NCBI GenBank assembly: GCA_965140585.1
Contig: OZ223269.1
Span: 480,001-544,000 of the forward strand
Length of the DNA stretch: 64,000 bases
Direction: 5' to 3'
From: Spirochaetia bacterium
GTDB taxonomy: Bacteria; Spirochaetota; Spirochaetia; UBA9216
The position numbers and the translations under genes were made by a program. The notes below the pieces were generated by a model. The model did no database searches. It was not told where the DNA came from and was given only the letters and a program-made list of their open reading frames with translations. This document shows positions 40,099 to 49,496 of this stretch, piece after piece. How positions within the stretch are numbered: position 1 is the stretch's first letter; each line of letters begins with the position of its first letter.

Positions 40099-41644
40099 AT
40101 CTGCTTATTTTATTAATAAAGATTTCAGCTTCTTCTGCAAGATTATTACCCATTTCAGAGAGCCTGTCCACTGAAACTTTTTTATATCTGCTTTTGAGCT
40201 CAAGGAGTCCGGGTAAAAACAGATTAAAAAAAATGCTTTTATCAGGATTGGTTAATATTTCATCAAGAGATTTAGCAATGTCAGATTTCAATAATCTGAT
40301 TTCATTCCGGGGTTTTAATAAATACTCACAAATTTTAGAATTCCGTGTATCCGCGTCAGGATAATTTAATTTTTTGGTGAATGATATGTTTTTAACACTA
40401 TTTGCCGTTAAAGATAAAATTTGATTGTCATTTAAAGCTGTATAGCCTGGAGGTGCGCCTTTTTGAGGATTATGAAATAAAACTCTATTTGATAATCTTC
40501 TGCTGTTTGATGCAAACCATCCGTAGTAAGCTTCCATAGCGTGATTGCGTCTGTCGAATCCGTGACCGATTTTAGTACTGTCCGATGCATTTCGATTATA
40601 ATAGGTGTTATGAAGTGGATTTGTTCTTTCTGACGAACTCTCGATTATATTGTCAAAAGTGTGGGGACGGCAGTGAGCCTGTATATCAGAAGAACATAGA
40701 TCAAGACCGCAGAAAATAATGTATGAATTGCATATTGTACTTGAAAGATCTAATGCTGAACCGGCGACAGTACCATTAGAAGGTATGTTCAGGAAATTTG
40801 ATTCATGATTTAAAATTTCGTCTTCAAGAAAGTAATTCTGAGTGAAAATAACGTTTTTTGTTTGTGAAGTACCATTTTGCGCTCCGGTAAGTGGTGATGC
40901 AACCGGTATATCTAAATTACTTAAATGCAATGAGGCATAATACCCTGGATCGGTAGATATGATTAAATCAGGTTCTATATCATTATTAAGCAGACAGGAT
41001 ATTGAAGAGGGGAGTGCTGCAAGGAAAACTGATTTTCTGATGTTTTTTATAATATTTATACTCTCTGAAAGACCCGGTCCTGAAGCTGCAATTACAATCA
41101 AATCAGATTTTCCGGTAAGTTCAAATGTGTTTTCAGTTCTCCTGTAATTTTGAATAAAATTGGAAAACATTCTTTTACCAAATCCTGAAAGGGTCGTTAT
41201 GTTTCCATGAAGTTCACGAATATATTGACTTAGAATATTTTCAATGTAAGCAGTTTCTCGTTTGAAGATTTTGTCGGATGCTGTCCATTTGAGCAGTGAA
41301 AATCCCTCAATATCAAGTTCATTTAAAACTGATGACAGAAAAGTTTTGAGCGGTAAATCACTCTCTGCATTCCAGATAAAATCTGATTTATTATTGTCTT
41401 TCTCAGCAAAAATAGTGCATGCATAGAGTGATACAATTTTGATATTGTAAGAGCAGTATTTGCGTGCTTCATCAGCAATGTAATTCAATCCGGGACAGAT
41501 TAATACAACTGTTGTGCTATTGATTTTTAAATTTGATTTTACGAATCGATTTGCTTCTTTAACCGGGTCAAAACTGGAATGCAGAAAAAGACCGTTTATT
41601 TCAACAGTTTTCTTTCCTGATCTGCTTTCGAGGAAATTGTACAT
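40088..41644 (-). CDS. Maf family protein (second, more divergent copy)
   Basis: LHSSFDPVKEA, AASGPGL, PDLIISTDPG, GTVAGSAL, GLDL. Confidence 0.82.
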   Translation of the reverse strand: MYNFLESRSGKKTVEINGLFLHSSFDPVKEANRFVKSNLKINSTTVVLICPGLNYIADEARKYCSYNIKIVSLYACTIFAEKDNNKSDFIWNAESDLPLKTFLSSVLNELDIEGFSLLKWTASDKIFKRETAYIENILSQYIRELHGNITTLSGFGKRMFSNFIQNYRRTENTFELTGKSDLIVIAASGPGLSESINIIKNIRKSVFLAALPSSISCLLNNDIEPDLIISTDPGYYASLHLSNLDIPVASPLTGAQNGTSQTKNVIFTQNYFLEDEILNHESNFLNIPSNGTVAGSALDLSSTICNSYIIFCGLDLCSSDIQAHCRPHTFDNIIESSSERTNPLHNTYYNRNASDSTKIGHGFDRRNHAMEAYYGWFASNSRRLSNRVLFHNPQKGAPPGYTALNDNQILSLTANSVKNISFTKKLNYPDADTRNSKICEYLLKPRNEIRLLKSDIAKSLDEILTNPDKSIFFNLFLPGLLELKSRYKKVSVDRLSEMGNNLAEEAEIFINKISRYVN

Positions 41645-41646
41645 TA

Positions 41647-43461
41647 TTAGTCGGCAAGATTTTTAATATGAGTATCAAGTTCTTCAGTATCTATGCCGGA
41701 CTGAAAAATTGAAACAATTGGAGGAGAATCTATATTGTTTTTATCAAAAACTGAATAAACTGCAGTTTTTATCTGATTTCTAAGGATGTCGGGAGTAACG
41801 CGTAAACCTGAAAAGAATCCTATAAAGAATCGATGGCCTCTGACCCTAAGAAAACAATCCTTATCAGTTGTCATTGAAAAAAGAAGTTTTGTAATATCCT
41901 TCTCAATATTAAATGTATCTACAAGTGAGTTGGATGATTCAAAAGATTTTATGATTCCTGAATAATCAATAAGTGTGAATTTAATTTCCTGATGGAGCTC
42001 AATTCCGTTTTTCTCATAGAAATCAATAACATTTGAAGTTATATCAGCAAAATCAATTGCAGGGAGGTTTCCGGCTGATGAAAGTTTTGCGATCCGATTA
42101 ATACGGTTTTTAAACATCATTTCGGATGTTTTTGAAATGAAGTAATAAGCTGCTTCCGGAAAATGACTGTCATGAAGTGCAGGTGAATCAAGAATTATCA
42201 TTATGCCGGAAAGTTTATCCTGATACATAAATACAAGAATATTAAAAGATTCTGTGATATCGAGCTGTCTTTTTGAAAAGAAATCGGTAAAAAGTGATTT
42301 TTCAAGATTTAAGAATATGGAATCACCATTCATTAGAATGTTTTTCTTTTTTAAAAAGTCAGAGCTGATCCTGCATCTTCTAAGGCTTGTCTGATCTATT
42401 CCTGTTGAAGCAAAAGGGTGAAGAATTTCTTTTTCTGAATCAAAGGTAAGCATTATACCTGACTTAATTAAAAAATATTCCCTGGCAGCTTTAAATATCT
42501 CAGCGGGAAGTTCAAGGCTTCCTGATAGATTTCTTACAATAGTTCTAAGTTTGTCATGATCATAGAGCCATTTAATATCAGAATTCAGGATATCTGAAGG
42601 AAGAGTTCCGGGTGAGGAATTGGTTTTTTTTTCCGGCAGTTCATCTATACTTAGAAGATTGTCGCCGTTTTCATTTTTTGTTTTAAAATTTAATGAGGGA
42701 AGTTCCTCAATATCGTCATCAGAATCATCAGCTCCGGGAAGTTCTTCAAGATCTTCAAGATCATCAAGACCGTCCAGATCAGAGACATCTTCATCAGGTT
42801 CTTCTTCAACTTCTGAAGGTGAGGGGAGAAGGTCATCGTTAAAATCAGGAGAATCAATCTCAACAATAGAATCATCATCTTCAAGATCGTCAATTTCTTC
42901 GAGATCAGAAAAATCTTCATCTATTTCTATGACAGGTTCATCGATTGAAATTTCAATATCCTCAGTAATCTCTTCGACATTGTCCTCTTCATCATCGAAG
43001 GCTTCTTCAAGCTCTGTAATCTCAGAATCATCTTCAAAATCATCGGTCTCTTCTATCACTTCAACAGATTCATCTTCAGGAAAATCTTCTTCTAATTCAA
43101 TAACCTCTTCAGGTTCTTCAGTAACCTCTTCGATTTCTTCGATTACCTCTTCGAGTTCTTCAATATCGCTGTCATCGAAAGGAGCTTCCTCAATTTCTGT
43201 AAGTTCTGTATCCTCTGGTTCAGATGTGATTGTTTCTTCTGTATCTAAATTGAATTCATCCTCTTCAACTTCTTCGATTAAATCGTCAACATTTTCATCA
43301 AAATCATCCCCGTTAATAGGAACAAGATCTTCTATATCATCATTAATACCTGCTTCTTCATGATATTCACCGGAGTCCAGTTTGATATCTTCAATTGAAT
43401 CACTGACGTTTAAAAGCAGAGCCCTGCCGAGCAGGCCGGACTTATTAGTTTGAACATCCAT
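41647..43461 (-). CDS. Protein with about 250-aa D/E-rich N-terminal region and GAF-like C-terminal domain
   Basis: Acidic low-complexity N-terminal half. LHPFASTGID...GIMIILDS is GAF-like. TAATG overlap with the upstream gene. Confidence 0.75.
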   Translation of the reverse strand: MDVQTNKSGLLGRALLLNVSDSIEDIKLDSGEYHEEAGINDDIEDLVPINGDDFDENVDDLIEEVEEDEFNLDTEETITSEPEDTELTEIEEAPFDDSDIEELEEVIEEIEEVTEEPEEVIELEEDFPEDESVEVIEETDDFEDDSEITELEEAFDDEEDNVEEITEDIEISIDEPVIEIDEDFSDLEEIDDLEDDDSIVEIDSPDFNDDLLPSPSEVEEEPDEDVSDLDGLDDLEDLEELPGADDSDDDIEELPSLNFKTKNENGDNLLSIDELPEKKTNSSPGTLPSDILNSDIKWLYDHDKLRTIVRNLSGSLELPAEIFKAAREYFLIKSGIMLTFDSEKEILHPFASTGIDQTSLRRCRISSDFLKKKNILMNGDSIFLNLEKSLFTDFFSKRQLDITESFNILVFMYQDKLSGIMIILDSPALHDSHFPEAAYYFISKTSEMMFKNRINRIAKLSSAGNLPAIDFADITSNVIDFYEKNGIELHQEIKFTLIDYSGIIKSFESSNSLVDTFNIEKDITKLLFSMTTDKDCFLRVRGHRFFIGFFSGLRVTPDILRNQIKTAVYSVFDKNNIDSPPIVSIFQSGIDTEELDTHIKNLAD

Positions 43462-46283
43462 TATGATTTAAGTCCCAGTTCCTCAAAAAGTTTTTTATAA
43501 ACCTCGAAATGCTCAGATTTGGCAAATTCAGTAATCTTATCATCAGGAAGAGATTCAAGCAGGTGGTCCATATATGAGAGTACTGATTTTATATCATCTC
43601 TGAGATCTTCAGGTATGGAGGCGATGGTGTCATCATCAACAGCGGATATTTCAGAGATGTCTGATGCATTTTCTTCCGATTCAACTGATTCCGGAGCGGG
43701 ATCTTCCGGGGGGAGTTCTTCTATCGGTGAAACATCACTGTCATCAGTCTCCAGTTCTTCGTCGAATGAAATCTCATCAAAAGGCTCGTCTTCTATAGAA
43801 ACACCTGAGGATTCTTCACTTACAGATTCATCAGGATGTTCAAGCTCGTCAAGGCCTTCGATTTCAATCATCGAATCATCAGGCTCAGAGTCAATTGCAA
43901 ATTTTTCACCATCAAGCTCAATCTCGTCAGTAAGGTTTGTTTCCTCTTCTGGAATTTCGAGGGTAGTTGTACCGACTTCTATATCTGCAAAGCTTTCATC
44001 TTCATCCTCAAAAGAAAGCTCGTCAAGGTTAATATCATCAGTTGGTTCTTCAGACGGTTCCCCGATATCAGAGATTTCACTGTCTTCAAAAGAGAGTTCA
44101 TCGAGGTTGATTTCAGTATCTTCCTCGAGGTTTATAGCCTCGCCGTTGAGTTCTATAGCAGATTCATCAAGCTCTAATTCAGTGTCGTCGAGTTCAAGTT
44201 CGGTATCTTCAAGCTCTAATTCAGTATCTTCAAGCTCTAATTCAGTGTCGTCGAGTTCAAGTTCGGTATCTTCGAGCTCTAATTCAGTATCTTCAAGCTC
44301 TAATTCAGTATCTTCAAGCTCTAATTCAGTATCTTCGAGTTCTAATTCAGTGTCTTCAAGCTCTAATTCAGTGTCTTCAAGCTCTAATTCAGTGTCTTCA
44401 AGCTCTAATTCAGTATCATCGAGTTCAAGTTCGGTATCTTCGAGTTCTAATTCAGTGTCGTCGAGTTCAAGTTCGGTATCTTCAAGCTCTAATTCAGTAT
44501 CTTCAAGCTCTAATTCAGTATCTTCAAGCTCTAATTCAGTGTCTTCAAGCTCTAATTCAGTATCTTCGAGTTCTAATTCAGTATCTTCGAGTTCATCATC
44601 AAGTATGATCTCACCGTCATTAAGTTCAGCAGCAACTTCATCAAGATTCAGCTCTTCATCTTCCTGTGAGGTTTCTATATCCTCCAGAAAGAGATCGTCA
44701 TCGATTTCCAGTTCCTCTTCTTCAAGTTCGATATCGTTATCAAGATTAAGTTCGTCATCATCAATTTGAACACCTATTTCAGACAAATCAAGCTCTTCTT
44801 CAGCAGCGGCGGGTTCTTCAGTTGTTTCAACGTTTTCTAAAATTGTATTATCACTTGTAATAAGACCTTCTTCTTCCAGATTGAGGTCATTAAGATCGAT
44901 TTCTTCAGTTTCAGGTTCTTCAAGAACTATATCATCAAGATCAATGTCATCAGGAACATCTGTAATAATGTCGTCAGAAAAACTGACGGAAGAGGGTTCG
45001 TCACTTTCTTCTTCATTGATGTCAAAATCATCCATTTCAAGATCTTCAACTGAGGAAAGGTCAATTTCCTCATCATGGATAATCTCAAGTTCTTTTTCGT
45101 CAAGCTGAGACTCATCCGGCATTTCATCTGTATATCCGGAATCTGAAACTGACTCTTCAGGGATTTCAGTTACGTCAAATCCCGAAAGTAATTCTTCGGT
45201 GTCATCCTGGTTGAAAGTGTCATCAGCGGATGGGATGTCTTCGTTAAGAAGTGATTCTACATCGGTATCTGTTATTTCCTCTGAAGTAAAGGGTTCTTCA
45301 GGTTCCGCATCAAGATCCAGACCGCTGATTGAGTCAAGGTCAATATCTTCTATATTATCAAGTGAATCATCTGCCACTGTCTCGGTATGTGAATCATATG
45401 ATTCTTCAGGGGCTTCAGTTTCCTGTCCGCTTTCTTCTGTGATATCAGCTGTGTTAAGAATATTATCAAGCTCATCGCCTGTCAGCGCTATTGTTTCATC
45501 TTCATCTTCTTCGAAAAATCCGCCTGTCTCATCCGATTCAGCCGCAGAAGCTCCGGGAGCGGATTTGATAGTTGAAAGTTCTGATTTAAGGTCAGTAAGT
45601 TCCTTTTTAATAGAAAGAAGTTCTTCTTCTATCTTCATGAGAATCGATTTTGAACTTACAGATTCAAGTTCGTCAGCAGATGAGACTGTTTCACTCAATT
45701 CTGACATGCTTCCTGAAAGGTCATCTTCAATATTTGTTAAATCAGCTTCAAGAGCGTCAAGATCGTTAAATTCTGTATCAGTATCAGTTTCTATTTCAGG
45801 TTCTTCCATATCGAGTTCAGGAAGCTCGATATCAGGTCCTTCCAATGTGAAAGTGTCTTCGTCAATAACAGAGGCTTCGTCATCAGCTGTCGGAATGGTA
45901 TCATCTATATCGTCAAATGAGAAATCTTCATCATCGTCAATACCCGCTTCAATTTCGGACATCTCATCCTCTAAAGAGCTTAGAAGATTTTCTTCTTCGT
46001 CAGTCAGCAGGTCGTGTTCTTCTTCGTAATCTGCATCCTCATCTTCATCTTCTAAATTAAAATCGGAATCAAAATCTTCTTCAAAATCATCGCCTGAGAG
46101 ATCTTCAAGTACAAAATCTGAACTGTCGGTTTCATCCTCGGATTCATCGACGTCTACCGGGCCTGTTTTTACCCATACACCGTATTTTTCGAGTTCATCA
46201 TTGTCGTCTTCAAGTCCGGCTTGGATTTCGGTGTTGTCGTCTAAATCGTCAAAAGAAACATCCATATCATCAAAAGCGGCCAT
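43461..46283 (-). CDS. 940-aa hyper-acidic protein with a 20 x (E/D)DTELEL repeat
   Basis: SD AGGAG. D/E-dominated sequence with short ordered islands (LEKYGVWVK; a coiled coil; GGFFEEDEDETIALTGDELDNIL; C-terminal IKSVLSYMDHLLESLPDDKITEFAKSEHFEVYKKLFEELG). Confidence 0.85.
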   Translation of the reverse strand: MAAFDDMDVSFDDLDDNTEIQAGLEDDNDELEKYGVWVKTGPVDVDESEDETDSSDFVLEDLSGDDFEEDFDSDFNLEDEDEDADYEEEHDLLTDEEENLLSSLEDEMSEIEAGIDDDEDFSFDDIDDTIPTADDEASVIDEDTFTLEGPDIELPELDMEEPEIETDTDTEFNDLDALEADLTNIEDDLSGSMSELSETVSSADELESVSSKSILMKIEEELLSIKKELTDLKSELSTIKSAPGASAAESDETGGFFEEDEDETIALTGDELDNILNTADITEESGQETEAPEESYDSHTETVADDSLDNIEDIDLDSISGLDLDAEPEEPFTSEEITDTDVESLLNEDIPSADDTFNQDDTEELLSGFDVTEIPEESVSDSGYTDEMPDESQLDEKELEIIHDEEIDLSSVEDLEMDDFDINEEESDEPSSVSFSDDIITDVPDDIDLDDIVLEEPETEEIDLNDLNLEEEGLITSDNTILENVETTEEPAAAEEELDLSEIGVQIDDDELNLDNDIELEEEELEIDDDLFLEDIETSQEDEELNLDEVAAELNDGEIILDDELEDTELELEDTELELEDTELELEDTELELEDTELELEDTELELDDTELELEDTELELDDTELELEDTELELEDTELELEDTELELEDTELELEDTELELEDTELELEDTELELDDTELELEDTELELEDTELELDDTELELDESAIELNGEAINLEEDTEINLDELSFEDSEISDIGEPSEEPTDDINLDELSFEDEDESFADIEVGTTTLEIPEEETNLTDEIELDGEKFAIDSEPDDSMIEIEGLDELEHPDESVSEESSGVSIEDEPFDEISFDEELETDDSDVSPIEELPPEDPAPESVESEENASDISEISAVDDDTIASIPEDLRDDIKSVLSYMDHLLESLPDDKITEFAKSEHFEVYKKLFEELGLKS
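44169..44588. repeat. In-frame VNTR, 20 x 21 bp
   Basis: Unit AAGCTCTAATTCAGTATCTTC (plus strand) counted 20 times with minor variants. No spacers between units. Confidence 0.95.
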
Positions 46284-46315
46284 TCTTTACTCCTGAATAC
46301 AAAACGCTGTAATTA

Positions 46316-46342
46316 TTATCGGCAAGAAAAACGTATTAATAA
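46316..46342 (-). promoter_or_regulatory. sigma28/FliA-type promoter upstream of the acidic-protein/maf operon
   Basis: Minus strand TTAT-15 nt-GCCGATAA (perfect -10, imperfect -35). Confidence 0.55.
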
Positions 46343-46427
46343 ATTATAATACACAATATATAAAATAAGAAAGCAGGTTTAAGCGATAAGACTTAAGAAA
46401 GATGTAAAACAATCCGTAATAACTAAT

Positions 46428-46871
46428 ATGAAAACTTCAATCAGGCTGGCAATATCCGTATGGCTCACTATGGCTGTCTTTTTTATACTGACCCTTGTAT
46501 CCGGACCGGATGGAATGAATTCCTACAGAAAACTTGAGGAATATAAGGTGTCGCTTGAAGATAACATTGAGCGTCTTGATTCGATAAATACCGGTTTGAA
46601 GAAAGAATCGCAGAGACTTATGACTGATTCTGATGAAATACAGGTCAAAGCCAGAGAGCTCGGATACTTTGCCCCGGATGAGGGAATGATTCTTGTGAAA
46701 GGTTATTCAAATGACAGCCGAACTCTCTATTCAATGGGGCTGCTCTTAAGCAGCGATTATAGGCAGAAGGATAACAGTCCCGCATTCAGAATATCAGCTT
46801 TAATCACGGGAATGCTGTTCTTTGTAACGTCCTGGATACTGCTTGACAGACCCTTTTCGAAAAAAACTTAA
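46428..46871 (+). CDS. Septum formation initiator (FtsB/DivIC-like)
   Basis: N-terminal TM, GPDG, coiled coil, ARELGY..PDE, plus an extra C-terminal TM. Confidence 0.8.
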   Translation: MKTSIRLAISVWLTMAVFFILTLVSGPDGMNSYRKLEEYKVSLEDNIERLDSINTGLKKESQRLMTDSDEIQVKARELGYFAPDEGMILVKGYSNDSRTLYSMGLLLSSDYRQKDNSPAFRISALITGMLFFVTSWILLDRPFSKKT

Positions 46872-46940
46872 AAAACTTTTGAATAACAGTGGAAATCTGA
46901 ATTGCCAGTTACTACAATAAGAGTAGGCAACACTTTCTCC

Positions 46941-46996
46941 TGTGAACGTGGAAGTCCTTCTGGCAGGAAGCAAACTTCCGCGTTCGCATTTTTTTT
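46941..46996 (+). terminator. Strong intrinsic terminator (possible 3' end of an sRNA)
   Basis: TGTGAACGTGGAAGT / ACTTCCGCGTTCGCA 15-bp stem followed by T8. Confidence 0.85.
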
Positions 46997-47018
46997 GTCC
47001 AAATGAAAATCAAACTTC

Positions 47019-47051
47019 AGAAATTCAAAACCCGGAAGGTTTTGAATTTCT
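47019..47051. repeat. Perfect 14-bp inverted repeat
   Basis: AGAAATTCAAAACC-CGGAA-GGTTTTGAATTTCT. Confidence 0.85.
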
Positions 47052-47127
47052 TACCTCAGATTTAAATGAAGAAAATTTTTAAAAATCTCTTTAAAATCTT
47101 GAATTATGATATGGAAAATTTCTTCAA

Positions 47128-47164
47128 ATCACATCATAAAACCAACCAGGTTTTATGATGTGAT
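47128..47164. repeat. Perfect 16-bp inverted repeat overlapping the DUF1015 stop
   Basis: ATCACATCATAAAACC-AACCA-GGTTTTATGATGTGAT. Confidence 0.85.
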
Positions 47165-48490
47165 CATTCTTGCCTCAACATAGAATCTTTTTTCAAAAGC
47201 TTCACCCATTGAAAAAGTCTTTCTAGGGAAGGCTCCGTCGTTTATTACTGTTCTGAAAAAGCTGTCTTTTGCTATCGACGGCAGGGCAATACCCATATTT
47301 CCGTATTTACTTCCGATTTCTTCAGTAACGTCAAGTCCGTGAACATAGTCGATTTTCACATTCTTGTTTTTCTCAATGTATGCATCAAGGAAATTCTGAA
47401 AGGTTCCTGCTGCTATTGAAGAGTCAGGCTTCAGTGCAGTAATTACACCGGCACCTTTTTCAGTTACAAAGGCGCAGCGCTGAACATCAGTATTTTCAGT
47501 CATCAGACTGAGCGCTTCGTTGAAATCAGACGCTGCTGTAACACTGAAGCTGCCATCAGATGTTGCGGCACTTACAAAATTATCATAATCAAGACCGAAA
47601 AGAATCCTGTGGATGGCTTCAAATTCAATTCCTTCGCAGTAGATATTCTCAATTTCAACAAGGGCCCACCTTGCAGGGTTGCTCATAAGCTGCGGATCTG
47701 AGGCATTATTCTTTTTATAGTCTTCCCAGATTGTTTTAGCTGTTGCCAGAGAGTGGTTTCCGTCACCCATGGCAAAAAGCAGCCTGTCTTCTGTTCCGTA
47801 CATCTTCTTTGCTGTATCTGCGGAACCGAGCTTTTCGAATGCTGCCGCGATCTGTTCCAGTTTTTCCTGGCTGTTTATCCGGTATCCTGTAAGATGTCCG
47901 CTCTTATTATTAAGTTCGAAATCGTACACCTTCTCAAGAGATTCAGTATCAGCAGAAAGAGGTTCAATGAGGCTCTTTTCAGGATCATCGATTAAAACCA
48001 TGATATGCGGAAGTTCAATTGGTGCATTTTCACGAATTCTGACTCTCGGAGGTATGCGTTCAAGTATTGTTCCTTCGGTAGCTCTGATGGCACTGACCGA
48101 ACCGACGCTGAAATCATACATTTCAAGATCAAGCGAAACCATCAATCCCCATCTCGGAGCTGACGCAGGTGTTTCTCTTTTTACCAGAATAAATCCGGGA
48201 ACAGGTTCGCCAAGAACTCCTGAGTCTATGTAGTTATGCATGTGTGAATTGATGCTTTTGATGCGTTCAGCCTCATCGCCGTCTTCAAGGTAGCATTCGG
48301 GAAATATACAGTTCAGAGTTGAAGGTGCGTCAGCAATCAAATCCTTCAGGCCAGTCCAGTAGTCCTTCTGGGAGGTGTACTGGTCACAGGCTACAACTGC
48401 CCATTTAGTCATGTCTGTTCCAGCTGCAGGCAGGAGTATTTCCGGTACTGCAACAGCATTCTTCTTCAGTATATCTGCAATCTTTTCCAT
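47153..48490 (-). CDS. DUF1015-family protein
   Basis: KWAVVACDQYTS, RATEGTI..RIPPR, GDGNHSLATAK, PRKTFSMG. Confidence 0.85.
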   Translation of the reverse strand: MEKIADILKKNAVAVPEILLPAAGTDMTKWAVVACDQYTSQKDYWTGLKDLIADAPSTLNCIFPECYLEDGDEAERIKSINSHMHNYIDSGVLGEPVPGFILVKRETPASAPRWGLMVSLDLEMYDFSVGSVSAIRATEGTILERIPPRVRIRENAPIELPHIMVLIDDPEKSLIEPLSADTESLEKVYDFELNNKSGHLTGYRINSQEKLEQIAAAFEKLGSADTAKKMYGTEDRLLFAMGDGNHSLATAKTIWEDYKKNNASDPQLMSNPARWALVEIENIYCEGIEFEAIHRILFGLDYDNFVSAATSDGSFSVTAASDFNEALSLMTENTDVQRCAFVTEKGAGVITALKPDSSIAAGTFQNFLDAYIEKNKNVKIDYVHGLDVTEEIGSKYGNMGIALPSIAKDSFFRTVINDGAFPRKTFSMGEAFEKRFYVEARMITS

Positions 48491-48568
48491 GTGCTGATTT
48501 TACCTGATTCATTGTTTATTGAACAGATCCTTTACACCTTAAAATTGATCTGGTATTTTGAAAGCTGG

Positions 48569-49477
48569 ATGAATAAAGAAATGAATCAAGTATTAAATCT
48601 GGATTTTCAGCCTCCTGCCGCAGAAAGGCTGCTGCTTCTCCCTTCGGAACTTTCGTATCATGGTATTTCAGAAATTATTATCAGGCTTCTGGATAATTTC
48701 CCATGGACTTTTGAATCCAGACTGCTGTCCTGCGGTACTTTGCCGGAAGAAGTTATGGGGCATCTTGTAAAGCTTTTAGATAAGCAGGGGATATCTTTTT
48801 CACTTATGTTTCCGGGAGCTTCAGATCTTGGAAGACTTTTAAGAATTCCCGGTTACCGCCGGATGTTCCGGAAAGAAGAGAATATTCTAACTATCAATCC
48901 TGAAGCTACAGGTTTTAAGCGGTTTATGGATGATGTTCTTGAAGATATCACAGCTCTCTGTGAGAACATATCATCATTTTATCTCCTTGAATCAGAGGCA
49001 TCAGAGCATCCTGAATACCATGCGGCTGTAGCGGAAATTATAGGTGAATATGATATTGCGCTGAGGATTCTAAAAAATGATTGTGTTATGAGTCCCTTTG
49101 AACAATTTTGCAGCAGAGGTTCACTTGGTTTCTCCGGAAAAGAGGTTCCGGCTGGTTACATTCAGTCTTTCAAAAATTTTGAAGACGGACGTAAAAAAAT
49201 TGCACTGCTTTCCTCAGAGCTTCGATATCTTATCTCGATAGACGCCGCAGGGGTACGCTGTATTACACCGGAGGGGAAGAATATTTCAATGCTGTATAGA
49301 GAAATGGACAGGGCAATTCAGCAGTTGAGTAAAATATCTGAGGAACTAACCGATTCAGGCTCCGGTTTTGCTGATATTCACTGGCTTGAAGCATATTCAC
49401 GTTCAGTTCTTAAAAGCTGCGAAGAAGATTACCTGCAGTCGGGGATACGGCTGTCTCAATGCGGCCTCATTTCATAG
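48569..49477 (+). CDS. Hypothetical protein, weak similarity to GH20 (HexD/GcnA-like) N-terminal barrel
   Basis: LNLDFQPP...LLDNFPW...LLRIPGY..M pattern. Start probably ATG 48569 (ORF track starts at 48491). Confidence 0.6.
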   Translation: MNKEMNQVLNLDFQPPAAERLLLLPSELSYHGISEIIIRLLDNFPWTFESRLLSCGTLPEEVMGHLVKLLDKQGISFSLMFPGASDLGRLLRIPGYRRMFRKEENILTINPEATGFKRFMDDVLEDITALCENISSFYLLESEASEHPEYHAAVAEIIGEYDIALRILKNDCVMSPFEQFCSRGSLGFSGKEVPAGYIQSFKNFEDGRKKIALLSSELRYLISIDAAGVRCITPEGKNISMLYREMDRAIQQLSKISEELTDSGSGFADIHWLEAYSRSVLKSCEEDYLQSGIRLSQCGLIS

Positions 49478-49496
49478 TCCAAAACCCCGTTTATTA

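Noticed and set aside
44169-44588. 21-bp repeat array as a CRISPR array for the Cas2-like gene
   Set aside because: The units are contiguous with no unique spacers, are in frame within a CDS, and vary mostly at synonymous positions.
42620-46029. Long Ser-rich plus-strand ORFs (42620-43363, 43519-44769, 45199-46029)
   Set aside because: They are antisense shadows of GAA/GAT-rich codons of the acidic proteins, with no RBS or independent features.
46890-46906. sigma54 promoter (TGG...TTGC)
   Set aside because: The GG-to-GC spacing is 11 nt rather than the required 10.
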